From Rhodothermales bacterium (GTDB lineage Bacteria > Bacteroidota > Rhodothermia > Rhodothermales > Bin80): a stretch of DNA of 64,000 nucleotides. A model generated the notes under the pieces. That model ran no database searches, was not told the DNA's origin, and worked only from the letters and a program-made list of their open reading frames with translations. Below, in pieces: positions 44,592 to 54,600 of this stretch. The stretch is taken from assembly GCA_965116685.1 (NCBI GenBank), contig OZ220707.1:1446566-1510565 (forward strand). The letters run 5' to 3'. Both the position numbers and the translations under genes were made by a program. Within the stretch, counting starts at the first letter, position 1. Each line of letters opens with the position of its first letter.

Positions 44592-45161
44592 ATGCAGGAG
44601 CATCCATTGCACAGCACAACCGTGATCGGTGTTCGGCGCCATAAAAAAGTTGCAATCGGATCCGATGGACAGGCAACCCTGGGAAGTACGGTGATGAAAC
44701 ACAAGGCCCAGAAAGTTCGCCGACTCTTTGATGGGGAGGTTCTTGCCGGATTTGCTGGATCCACAGCCGACGCATTTACCCTGTTTGAACGCTTTGAGGA
44801 TAAACTCAAGCAATATGGGGGAAACCTTACGCGCGCTTCTGTGGAACTCGCCAAAGACTGGCGTACCGACCGATATCTACGCCGCCTGGAAGCCTTGCTG
44901 GTGGTTGGAACGCTTGATCGACTGCTCCTGATCAGTGGCAGCGGAGATGTCATTGAGCCCGATGATGATATTGCAGCAATTGGTAGCGGGGGAGCTTTCG
45001 CACTTGCCGCCGCGCGTGCCATGATCCAGCATGCCCCACAGCTGACTGCAAAAGAGATTGTGACCGATTCCCTTCGCGTTGCTGCAGATATTTGTGTGTA
45101 TACCAATCACTCTTTGACCGTACTTGAGATAGATGAAGATTCCGGCAATAAAATAGAATAA
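44592..45161 (+). CDS. hslV: ATP-dependent protease subunit HslV
   Basis: [55 protein letters not shown] and [13 protein letters not shown] are present. Eight residues (MQEHPLHS) precede the catalytic Thr, so a propeptide is implied. Confidence 0.93.
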   Translation: MQEHPLHSTTVIGVRRHKKVAIGSDGQATLGSTVMKHKAQKVRRLFDGEVLAGFAGSTADAFTLFERFEDKLKQYGGNLTRASVELAKDWRTDRYLRRLEALLVVGTLDRLLLISGSGDVIEPDDDIAAIGSGGAFALAAARAMIQHAPQLTAKEIVTDSLRVAADICVYTNHSLTVLEIDEDSGNKIE

Positions 45162-45163
45162 AC

Positions 45164-46141
45164 ATGACCATGCCAGACCGAATTTCGCCCGACACGGCTT
45201 CAACTCAACGCGCCTGCATGTTTGTGGATTACGATAACCTTTTTGATTACATCGATCGAAATGCAACCGAACGTACAAGGCCCAAGTATGTGGTCAATGC
45301 GCTGTTGAATTCCGCCTTACACTATGTGAAGCAGGAACTGAAGTTCAATTTGGATGTCCCGGTTGCCTATGCCGACTTTGCCTTAATCGGATCTGCAGAT
45401 CCAGAGATTCAGCAAAGCCTCTATCTGGCCGGATTGGAACCCAGGTTTGTGCCCGCCTCTCTGCAATCCAATGCTTCTGAAATCCAGATTTGTGTTGACG
45501 TGCTCGAAATGCTGCAAAACCAGAAAGACGTACGGGCCATCTTCCTGATTACCGGTAACCGCCTATATCTCCCTCTACTCAAATTTTGCCAGCGAAAAAA
45601 TGTGCGCGGCTTTGCCATCACATTCCAGCCTCCTGGCATCAACTATTCAGGGGAGTATTCGGATCTCTTCATCCATGCCGACAAATTCCTGAATGAAACC
45701 CTTCACGCACACCCGAATGAGGAAGACCGTGTGGAGGCTTCAACTCCTGTTCGCCCATCTGGATTGACGACTACCCCCGAAAAGGTTGCCGAGATCACGG
45801 ACGAAACGGCGCTCATTGCGCTGGAAATTATTGAACACTTCTTCGGGCAATACGAGGAGATCTATCTCACGCCCCTGCTGCGAAAACTCTCCGACATGTT
45901 TGGAGATCATGACGACCCGAAGGTGATTGTCGGCAACCTGAATGACTCGGGTGCGATCTGGCTGGAAAAGCGTAAGGGATTCCCCTTTAACTATACGGTA
46001 CTACTGATCAATTACCATCACCCCAACGTTATCGCGATCCATGAGGAGATGAAGCGCGAGGACGAGGATGGATATAAACAAGTTGAAAGTAATGGGGATT
46101 ATAATTCCCAAAGTAATCCTAGTGACGCATACAACGATTAA
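45164..46141 (+). CDS. NYN-domain (LabA/PIN-like) protein with C-terminal helical domain, inserted between hslV and hslU
   Basis: ACMFVDYDNLFDYI... and ...NASEIQICVDVLEMLQNQKDVRAIFLITGNRLYLPLLKFCQRKNVRGFAITFQ follow the NYN pattern (N-terminal acidic D, central D, xxGD/N...G..v.v). The ATG lies 2 nt after the hslV stop. Confidence 0.7.
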   Translation: MTMPDRISPDTASTQRACMFVDYDNLFDYIDRNATERTRPKYVVNALLNSALHYVKQELKFNLDVPVAYADFALIGSADPEIQQSLYLAGLEPRFVPASLQSNASEIQICVDVLEMLQNQKDVRAIFLITGNRLYLPLLKFCQRKNVRGFAITFQPPGINYSGEYSDLFIHADKFLNETLHAHPNEEDRVEASTPVRPSGLTTTPEKVAEITDETALIALEIIEHFFGQYEEIYLTPLLRKLSDMFGDHDDPKVIVGNLNDSGAIWLEKRKGFPFNYTVLLINYHHPNVIAIHEEMKREDEDGYKQVESNGDYNSQSNPSDAYND

Positions 46142-46185
46142 GCTGCAGACCGCGGCAAAAGCGTCCATGATCCAAGATTAATCTG

Positions 46186-47556
46186 ATGGCAATGAATGAG
46201 CAGCTGACCCCACATGCTATCGTGGCAGAGCTGGATAACTACATTATTGGGCAAAACGAGGCGAAACGCACGGTCGCAATTGCGCTGCGCAACCGATGGC
46301 GCCGTCAACAGGTTCCCTGTGATCTACAGGATGAAATCTTACCCAGCAACATCATCCTGATGGGCCCCACCGGCGTGGGGAAGACGGAGATTGCCCGGAG
46401 ACTGGCGAAGCTGGTCGAAGCCCCTTTCATCAAAGTTGAAGCCACAAAATTCACAGAGGTCGGATATGTGGGCCGCGATGTGGAGAGCATGATCCGTGAC
46501 CTTGCCGACCGTGCGATTCGCCTGGTACGACAGGAGCATGAAGCCCATGTACAGGAACGTGCACGCGAACTCGCACGCGAGCGTATCCTTGATGTGATCA
46601 TCCCTCCTCCACCCGTGACCGGACTTGATCTAGAAAACGGCCAGTCAGAAAACGATGCCCCGGAAGAATCTCGAACACGGACGAAATTCCGGGAACGACT
46701 CAGAGATGGGCGCTTTGCAAGCCGCGAGATTGAGATTGAAGTCCAAAAGGAGCAGTCACCTTCAATGCTGCAGGTATTCGGCCCAATGGGAATGGAAGAA
46801 ATGGGCATGAACCTTCAAGATATGTTGGGAAATGTTGGAGGCAAACGACGCAAGAAACGCCGGGTCACGGTGTCGGAAGCCGAAGAACTCCTGTCCAAAG
46901 AAGAGGCATCAAAGCTCATTGATATGGATATCGTGACGCAGGATGCACTCAAGCGCGTTGAAGATTCAGGCATTGTCTTCATCGATGAGATTGACAAAGT
47001 TGCAAGCCGGGCCAGTAAGGCAGGAGGAGGACCCGATGTATCCCGCGAGGGAGTGCAGCGGGATCTGCTGCCTCTGGTTGAAGGGGCAACGGTTACAACC
47101 AAGCATGGAATGGTCCGAACCGATCACATCCTGTTTATTGCCAGCGGAGCCTTCCACGTCGCCAAGCCCAGTGATCTCATCCCCGAAATGCAGGGGCGCT
47201 TTCCCATCCGGGTGGAGATGCACCGGCTGAGTGAGGAAGATTTCTATCTGATTCTTACACAGCCCCGCAATGCCCTGCTCAAACAGTATCGCGCACTTCT
47301 GGAAGCAGAAAAGGTTGTCCTTGACTTTACAGACGATGCAGTTCGGCGCATCGCCCGCACTGCCGCCAAGGTCAATGATGAAGTAGAAAATATTGGTGCC
47401 CGAAGACTCCATACGATCATGACCACGCTGCTGGAAGATTTACTCTTTGAGTCTGACGGCAGTTCTGCACAGCAAATCTTGATGGATGCCGATCAGGTGG
47501 AGGAACGTCTTGGAGCGATCGTGAGGAACCGCGATCTCAGCCAGTACATCCTATAG
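46186..47556 (+). CDS. hslU: ATP-dependent protease ATPase subunit HslU
   Basis: [34 protein letters not shown], Walker [27 protein letters not shown] and the sensor region are present. Confidence 0.95.
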   Translation: MAMNEQLTPHAIVAELDNYIIGQNEAKRTVAIALRNRWRRQQVPCDLQDEILPSNIILMGPTGVGKTEIARRLAKLVEAPFIKVEATKFTEVGYVGRDVESMIRDLADRAIRLVRQEHEAHVQERARELARERILDVIIPPPPVTGLDLENGQSENDAPEESRTRTKFRERLRDGRFASREIEIEVQKEQSPSMLQVFGPMGMEEMGMNLQDMLGNVGGKRRKKRRVTVSEAEELLSKEEASKLIDMDIVTQDALKRVEDSGIVFIDEIDKVASRASKAGGGPDVSREGVQRDLLPLVEGATVTTKHGMVRTDHILFIASGAFHVAKPSDLIPEMQGRFPIRVEMHRLSEEDFYLILTQPRNALLKQYRALLEAEKVVLDFTDDAVRRIARTAAKVNDEVENIGARRLHTIMTTLLEDLLFESDGSSAQQILMDADQVEERLGAIVRNRDLSQYIL

Positions 47557-47566
47557 CCGTACTTCG

Positions 47567-48472
47567 GTGGCCATCTCCGTCTACAACCTGAATGACCCCG
47601 GTGCATGTGCACGCTACCAGGCACTGTGGGAGCGTACACGCGGGGTCTTTGCATCCCTGCGCTATATGGAAGCAGCCGGCAACGTATTCGGGCTGAAGCC
47701 ACAGATTTGTTTTTACGAAGACGACGCGGCATTGCTGGTACATGTGAAAGGGGCCGGGGCTCTTCGCCGCATTGTCGTTCCTCCGTGTACACAATATTCT
47801 GCGCTGCTTTTGCCCACCCCACCACATGCACACCTGATTCACCGGCAGCAGAGCCCCCTGGATCAGCTTCTTAAATATGCTGAACAAACCAGCCGCAGAG
47901 CCGATTTGCTGGTTCCCCTGGCGGATCCCCGCACGGCACAGTGGCGCGGCTGGCAGGTACGACCGCTCTTCACCTATCTCATCAACCTGCCCACAAGTAC
48001 AGAAAACTGGTCCAGCGGGGCACGCAGGACCTGGAAATCCAAAGTATCCGAGTACGACATTCAGGAAGACTCCTCAGGCGCACAGCAGGTCATTGATCTT
48101 TGTACAAAAAGCTATAAGAGACATGGCCGATCTCTGCCTGCCCAGCCGGCAGTATTGGAAGCCTTGACAAAAGCGATGGGAGAACGGGCGCGGGTCTTTG
48201 TGGCGCTACGGGGAAATACGCCCGAGGCCGGCCTCATCCTGCTGCATGATGGCCATACGGCACATTACTGGATCGCCGGGAGCATCCCCGGACCCGCAAT
48301 GACGGTATTGATTGGCGAGGTGCTTCCGATTCTGTCTCAATCCGGGATCACCCAATTTGACTTTGTCGGAGCAAACACGCCCTCTATCGCCGAGTTCAAG
48401 CGCTCCTTCAATCCAATACTGACACAATATTATCATCTGCGGCGACGGCCGCGGATTCATTTTGGACGTTGA
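47567..48472 (+). CDS. FemAB-like / GNAT-fold acyltransferase family protein
   Basis: 301 aa. The overall pattern is that of the BioF2-like/FemAB-related family (C-terminal HYWIAGS...FDFVGANTPSIAEFKRSFNP). It has a GTG start 10 nt after hslU. Confidence 0.6.
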   Translation: MAISVYNLNDPGACARYQALWERTRGVFASLRYMEAAGNVFGLKPQICFYEDDAALLVHVKGAGALRRIVVPPCTQYSALLLPTPPHAHLIHRQQSPLDQLLKYAEQTSRRADLLVPLADPRTAQWRGWQVRPLFTYLINLPTSTENWSSGARRTWKSKVSEYDIQEDSSGAQQVIDLCTKSYKRHGRSLPAQPAVLEALTKAMGERARVFVALRGNTPEAGLILLHDGHTAHYWIAGSIPGPAMTVLIGEVLPILSQSGITQFDFVGANTPSIAEFKRSFNPILTQYYHLRRRPRIHFGR

Positions 48473-48474
48473 TC

Positions 48475-50052
48475 ATGCAGCTTCGTACTGGCCGGTGGCC
48501 ACGGCTGCTCACAGGGATGGGAATGCGCCCGCCCCTGTACCTGCCGCTGCTCACACTCACGATTTACTTCTTCTGGCGGGGCTATGATTATGCGATTAGC
48601 GACCAGGATGAGATTTTGCCCTACCTCATGCACCTTCTGGATGCCAGACTGTACTCGTCGGACTGGTTTGTGAATGTCCAGTTGGACACCTTCGGCCCCC
48701 GAGCCCTCTTCGTTCTTATCGCCTGGCTCCCCGCGAAGATGTTTGGCCCGTACGCAACCATCCTGGGCATGTATGTGGCAAGCTGGTTCGCGATCAGCAT
48801 GGCATTGTATACACTGGGTTTGCAATTGACTCGTGAGCGCTTGGCGGCAACGATCTGTGTCATCTTGGCCCTCTTGCTCACGCCCAAGTTTACACTGGGA
48901 GGAAACGACTTGGTCACATGGATCCTCACCCCAAGTATCCCGGCCTGGGCATTCAGCTTATGGGGGCTGGCGTTTTTCGTGCGCGGGCGACTCGCCAAGG
49001 CGGCACTTCTAATGGGCATTGGAGCTTGGATGCAGGCACTGGTTGGTCTGCAGATCGCCATGATCTGCACTCTTCTGCTTCTTTGGAGACACGGATGGGC
49101 GGGGCGGCAGCCCTACCTGTTTACAGGTTATTTTACGCTGTCTGCGTTGCCGGCTTTGGGGCCATTGATCTGGTTCCAACTCACACGCCCGCACCCGGAT
49201 GGACTCTGGTCCTACTTCTACATCCTGTTCGAATTCCGGGCCCCGCATCACTATATGCCGCTTTCATTCCCCCCTGAGTTGGCCATACGGTTTGCAATCC
49301 TGCTCGGACTTGGGCTTGCTGTATTCACTCTATTGCCAGAAACTCACCGTGTACTGGTTCGACGATCCCTGACCATTATCGCTGCGCTTTGTGTCGTCTC
49401 CTTCTTGTGCACGGAGATTTTGCATATTGACATGGTCACCCGATTACAACTCTTTAAGCTTACCGTACTGATCAAGGTATTCTGTGTGATTCTGATTTCC
49501 AACGCGGCAGCACAACTGATTCTCAAATTTTATCGACGTACTCTAACTGTTTTTTTCGATCATGGACATTATGCTCTTGGTGCAACAGCTCTCATCACAG
49601 CCACGCTCCTTATTATTTCCCCTGATGCGCTGGGCATTCGGCCGGCATCTGAGAAATCCCCTGCAGAGCAGGTTGCGGTATGGGCGCGTGATTCTACGGA
49701 GACCGACGCGACTTTTGCTGTCCCTCCTGGGTGGGACCACTTCAGATCTCAGGCGCAACGTGCCATCGTTGTAAACTTCAAAGCGGTTCCTTTTCATCAA
49801 CCCTACATGACAGAGTGGTTCACCAGACTTTTGGATATTGCACCCATCACGACACCGCGACGTGGAGGAGCACAGTTCATCCCTGCGCTGGATAGCGCCT
49901 ATCTGTCTCTTCCGCAGCCAGAAATCCAACAACTGGCGGCCACGTATGGGTTTGACTACATCGTGCGCCAGGAAGGAGCGGCCCTTGACGGGTTTGAGCT
50001 TGTTTACCAGGCAGCCCCTTGGACCGTATGGCAGATCCAGCCGGAGCCATGA
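48475..50052 (+). CDS. Polytopic membrane protein with C-terminal soluble domain (function unknown; possibly a GT-C-like glycosyl/polymerase enzyme)
   Basis: It has about 11 predicted hydrophobic helices, then a roughly 140-aa hydrophilic tail. The ATG at 48475 directly follows the upstream stop. The function call is a guess. Confidence 0.75.
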   Translation: MQLRTGRWPRLLTGMGMRPPLYLPLLTLTIYFFWRGYDYAISDQDEILPYLMHLLDARLYSSDWFVNVQLDTFGPRALFVLIAWLPAKMFGPYATILGMYVASWFAISMALYTLGLQLTRERLAATICVILALLLTPKFTLGGNDLVTWILTPSIPAWAFSLWGLAFFVRGRLAKAALLMGIGAWMQALVGLQIAMICTLLLLWRHGWAGRQPYLFTGYFTLSALPALGPLIWFQLTRPHPDGLWSYFYILFEFRAPHHYMPLSFPPELAIRFAILLGLGLAVFTLLPETHRVLVRRSLTIIAALCVVSFLCTEILHIDMVTRLQLFKLTVLIKVFCVILISNAAAQLILKFYRRTLTVFFDHGHYALGATALITATLLIISPDALGIRPASEKSPAEQVAVWARDSTETDATFAVPPGWDHFRSQAQRAIVVNFKAVPFHQPYMTEWFTRLLDIAPITTPRRGGAQFIPALDSAYLSLPQPEIQQLAATYGFDYIVRQEGAALDGFELVYQAAPWTVWQIQPEP

Positions 50053-51509
50053 AAACACTGAGCCGCCTGTTTTCTACGGAGGGGCTCAGCGGCCCTATAC
50101 TGACGCTACTCTCGGCTAGCGGCGTTGTGATGGTGATCGGATACCTCGCCCTCGGGGTCATCACACGTCTCTATCTGCCCTCAGAGATCGGCATCGGCAA
50201 GTACTTTGTCACCGTCATGGCACTTGTCGGCACGATTGCCTCGCTGCGCTATGAGGATGCGTTGATGCTCCCAAAAGAGGACCGGGATGCTGCAGTACTG
50301 ATCTGGCTCTCTGGCGCGGTAATGCTTCTGAGTGCGGCCATCCTGACCGTTCTCTCTTTCTGGAGCACCGGAATTGCCGACCGCCTGAATTTTCCCGCCA
50401 TCGCTCCCTATCTGCCCTTGGTCCCGCTTACACTAATCTGTACGCGATTGGGGAAGATTGCAGAATTCTGGTTGGTTCGCAAACGGGCATTCCGGCATAT
50501 TAGCGCGGGTCATGTGGGCCTGACTTTGGCGATGGTGACGGGACGAATTGGCGTAGGATCTCCACCGATCCATGCCAATGAGGCAGGACATATCGGCGGT
50601 TTTATTTTCGGACACATTGTTTCCAGCACCTTCTTGATATGGATTGCCCTGCATCGCAGCGCCGCTGCCATCGGTTCGGCATTGAGTTGGAAGCGCATGA
50701 TCCAGGCTGCAGTCCGCTACCGGCGCTTCGCCCTGTTTTCGACCCCTTCGGCCATGATTGGAGCGCTCATGGGACATCTAACCGTGCTTGTGATCCCGTT
50801 CTTCTTCGATATTGAGGCCGCCGAAGATGCACTTGGATTCTACGGGATTGCCTTTACTGCGATTGCGATTCCGATTTCTTATGTAGGCCGATCCGTCGCG
50901 CATCCCTTTTTTGTCAGTGCAGCGGAGGCGCAATTATCTGGAACGCTGGCCGCAATCACCTCCCTGGTGCATCGCCGCCTGATCATGGTTGGGATCTTCC
51001 CGGTACTTGCTGTGATGCTTGCGGGACCGGATTTTTTTGAATTATGGCTTGGAGGCCCCCACCGGCAAACCGGGATCTATGCCACCTACATTGCGGCCTG
51101 GCTGGTCTTGGGTTCGATTGTATCTCCGCTGACACGAGTTTATGACGTGACGGAAAGTCAGCGGCTGGATTTTCTGATGGCCCTGCTTTTACTCGTGTGC
51201 CTACCGTCGGCGTTGATCCTGGGAGGACTCTCGGGAAGTGTGGACACCATGCTGGTTGCCGCTGGCATAACCGGCGCGATCGTGCGCAGCATCCAGTTAT
51301 TTGTGATCCTCCGGCTGGCAGGGGTTTCATGGCGGGAATGCATTGCACCTTATTGGGATTTTCTTCTCTTATCCCTGCCGGGTCTGGCATTGATTATCGC
51401 CGCCCTGCCGTTTGACAATAACTGGGGCACGACCGGTGCCCTTATTCTGGGCGCCGCCTGCTATTTTGGTCTCGCGATCTGGAAGGAGCGACTGTTCCGA
51501 AATCCGTGA
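50049..51509 (+). CDS. Polysaccharide/oligosaccharide flippase (MOP/Wzx-like)
   Basis: It has about 12-14 TM helices, and the N-terminus LSGPILTLLSASGVVMVIGYLALGVITRLYLPSEIGIGKYF is typical of Wzx-like proteins. There is an ATGA overlap with the upstream gene (start 50049 rather than 50019). Confidence 0.75.
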   Translation: MKTLSRLFSTEGLSGPILTLLSASGVVMVIGYLALGVITRLYLPSEIGIGKYFVTVMALVGTIASLRYEDALMLPKEDRDAAVLIWLSGAVMLLSAAILTVLSFWSTGIADRLNFPAIAPYLPLVPLTLICTRLGKIAEFWLVRKRAFRHISAGHVGLTLAMVTGRIGVGSPPIHANEAGHIGGFIFGHIVSSTFLIWIALHRSAAAIGSALSWKRMIQAAVRYRRFALFSTPSAMIGALMGHLTVLVIPFFFDIEAAEDALGFYGIAFTAIAIPISYVGRSVAHPFFVSAAEAQLSGTLAAITSLVHRRLIMVGIFPVLAVMLAGPDFFELWLGGPHRQTGIYATYIAAWLVLGSIVSPLTRVYDVTESQRLDFLMALLLLVCLPSALILGGLSGSVDTMLVAAGITGAIVRSIQLFVILRLAGVSWRECIAPYWDFLLLSLPGLALIIAALPFDNNWGTTGALILGAACYFGLAIWKERLFRNP

Positions 51510-51605
51510 GTCCTACCTGGATGCGTCCGAAAAATGTCATTTTGTCGCAAGAGCGACACGCGGGACGTTTCTAACTTGGGAGTCCTTCTGGAAACAGAAA
51601 ATCCC

Positions 51606-54600
51606 TCAATATCTGAGTGATCCCTGTACATTCACGCCGATCTGCGTCTGCGAGTTTGCATGGGACTGTGCCAGTCCAGAGAGGGAGATGCTTGCCTGAT
51701 CCCACGGCCGCAGCTCTGCGCCCACGCGGTACATCCGACCGGTGGCAAGTTGCGTCATGCCCATCACCGGTCGCATCACACCCGCGTTGAACGGGATGCC
51801 GTACGCCAGCTCCAACTCGGTCCGATGCAGGTTTGCCCGCGTGCGGGTCGTCTCCAAGTGCTGCTGATGCAGCACACCACCATGACGCGGTCCCCAGGAG
51901 GGACGGACCGCCACCATCAACCCTTCGGGACCCCCGCCCACCTGCACCATCCCCGACATCCCCCATTCCGTAAACCCCTCCGCCGTATGCATCACCAGCC
52001 CCTGCGTCCGCACCTCCCCCTTCAAGCGCCAGCCCGGGTACGAGACACGAACCCCGCCCCCAAGCTCCAGCCCGGTACCCGTCTCTGCACTCCCCCCATC
52101 CCGACGCACATTCACCTCCACATACGGGCGAACCCCATCACTCATCCGCGCATTCGCCTCCACACCGGCCCGAACCTGATACACCTCCGCCGTCATATCA
52201 TACTCCTCCACCTCTGCGCCTGTCACCAGCACATCTCCATGGTAATTCAGCCCAAGCACACCGCGGGATCCCAACGCCCCTTGAACTCCCATCGCGCCAA
52301 ACCCGGACACCAGATCCCCCTCCAACTCCGGCACCTCTGCCCGACCCCAGCCATATCCCGCCGCCAGCCATGCGCCCCAGTCTTCCCCCTGAATGGACAC
52401 ATATGGAACCAGCCCCGTGAGCCCCGATGCCACATCTCCTGCATCCGTATTCGCGGTAAATGACCCGTCTCCCTGACTGTGCGACACCAAAACCCCGACC
52501 CGCCAGCCTCCATTCCAACGGTAGTCCGTCCCCACCATCGCCGTCGTCACCTCGCCCCGCACATGCAGCGCCGCCTCGGCACGACCATTGAATCGCGTGA
52601 ACGCGCCGCTGCCCCATACGCCCAACCTTCCCCCACCCGTATGCATCTGCTGCGATACCCGGCACCCCGCCAACAGCTCCCCCAGGGACGGATCCCAGTC
52701 CGTCGCCGTTCCCCAGACCTGCGCCAACGCAGCGCGCTGCCCCGCCGAACACGAAGAACCCGCCGTTGACGAACGCAAGCGCTCCTGTAACGCATCCACA
52801 ATCTGAATCGTTGAAGTCCGGACAAACCGCGCCATGTACGCCTTCAGCACCGCTCTATTCACGGACATCGTTTTCTGGATCGTTGCCACTGCAACCCCCT
52901 TCTCAATGTGCGTCTTCCCAAAACTCTCCAGATGCACCGAGAACATCTCTTCCTCTGCATCCAGACCATCATCCAGCAATCGCACCTCAATCTCCTCTTC
53001 CACCACCCCCGGTGCAAACGTCAATGTTCCTTTCGCCGCATGATAATCCTCCCCCGCCACCGCTGTACCATTCTCCGTTTGATAGTGGACCGTGATCGAC
53101 TCCGTATCCGGCTGCGATAAATGCACCCTGAAACGGACCATCCCCGCGTCTTCAAATCCCACCGCATCGTCCACCCAGATCCGCGCACTCGAATCATTGT
53201 CCAGAATTGTCACCCGGCCCGTGCCCCGCGCAATCGTTGCACCGCGCGGCTTCGACAACGTCACCGATAACGTCTCCGTTGACTCCGGCAGCTCATCATC
53301 GGTAATCTCAATCTCAATCACCCCCCGGGTCGCACCCGCATCAAAAATCACAATCCCCCGAGATGCCGTATAGTCTGATCCCGACTCCGCCGTCTCATCC
53401 ACCGCCTGATATTGCACCGTCACCACCTCATCCGACGCTCGGTTGAGCTCCACACGAAGACTCACCACCTCCGCCGGCTCGCTCACCCGTGCATCGTAAA
53501 TCGAAATCGTCAATGCATTCTCCCCTTTGTCCTCGACCCGTACCGGCAGGCTTGCACGTTGATCGTCATAACCACCCCCAACCGCCGTGTGAAGGAGCGT
53601 GAATGCCGCATCATCAAGATCTGCATCGTCCTCCGCCTGAACCGTGATCGTCTGAGGAACATTCCAGTTCGAGGCCGTGATGGTCAGCGATTCCGGCGTC
53701 AATGTAACCTTATCCTCTGGATGTCCGGTGATTGTGATCCGCGCCGCGGAGGTGGGAGCAGACCGGAGTTGTACGGTATACGTACCGGCCGGCCCTCCTT
53801 CCGCCAAGGTCAGGGAAGAGGGGCGCAGCTCAATCCCTTTCTGATCCTTCTCTACGACCGTAACCAAGACCGTTCCCGTGATCCCGGTGTACTCTCCACC
53901 GGTCGCGGTCAGTTGCAGAGACTCCGGGACCTCCGCCTCCGCATCGGCATCCTCTGCCGACCGCACCGTGACGGTTTGCGCTTCATGCCAGTTCAACGAG
54001 GTAAACCTGAGCGTCTCTTGAGACCGGGTCAGGTCTGGGTTCTCGAAGAGCGGGACCTGCACAGTCACCGGGGTGGATGGCTCCGTCACAAGCAGCACGG
54101 TGAACTCTGCTGAGCCTCCTTCCCGGATGAAGAGTGTACTTGGACTCACCACCAGGTTCGGCGTACCACTGTCGGCCACACTCACCGGCAGGTTGGTCAT
54201 CCGCCCGCTGTAGCCTGGATCCACGCTCGTCGACAGATGCGTCAATGTGGTGGTTTCCGATGCCGTATTCTCGTCCTCTTCCGCCTCCACGGTCACCGAC
54301 TGCGGGGTATTCCAGTCCGACGACGTGAACACCAATTCCGGAGGCGTCCACGTGAGTCTCCCGCCCAATTCCGTGATCTGCACCATCACCGATGCGACCG
54401 GTTCTGACGAAAGGCGCACCGTGTAGTCCGCAGGCACTCCCTCCACCATATTCAGAGAGGTGGGAACCAATTCGATCCCCACAGCATCATTATCCAGGAT
54501 CGTCACCCTCTGTACAGAGGGGGTGCCCGCAACCGTGCCCGGCGGCATACCTGTGCCGAGAGCGACCGTGAACACCTCATTGGACTCTGCAATATCATCC

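Noticed and set aside
44579-45106. 175-aa minus-strand ORF over hslV, and 44526..44813.
   Set aside because: They are antisense to hslV, which has the canonical catalytic and structural motifs.
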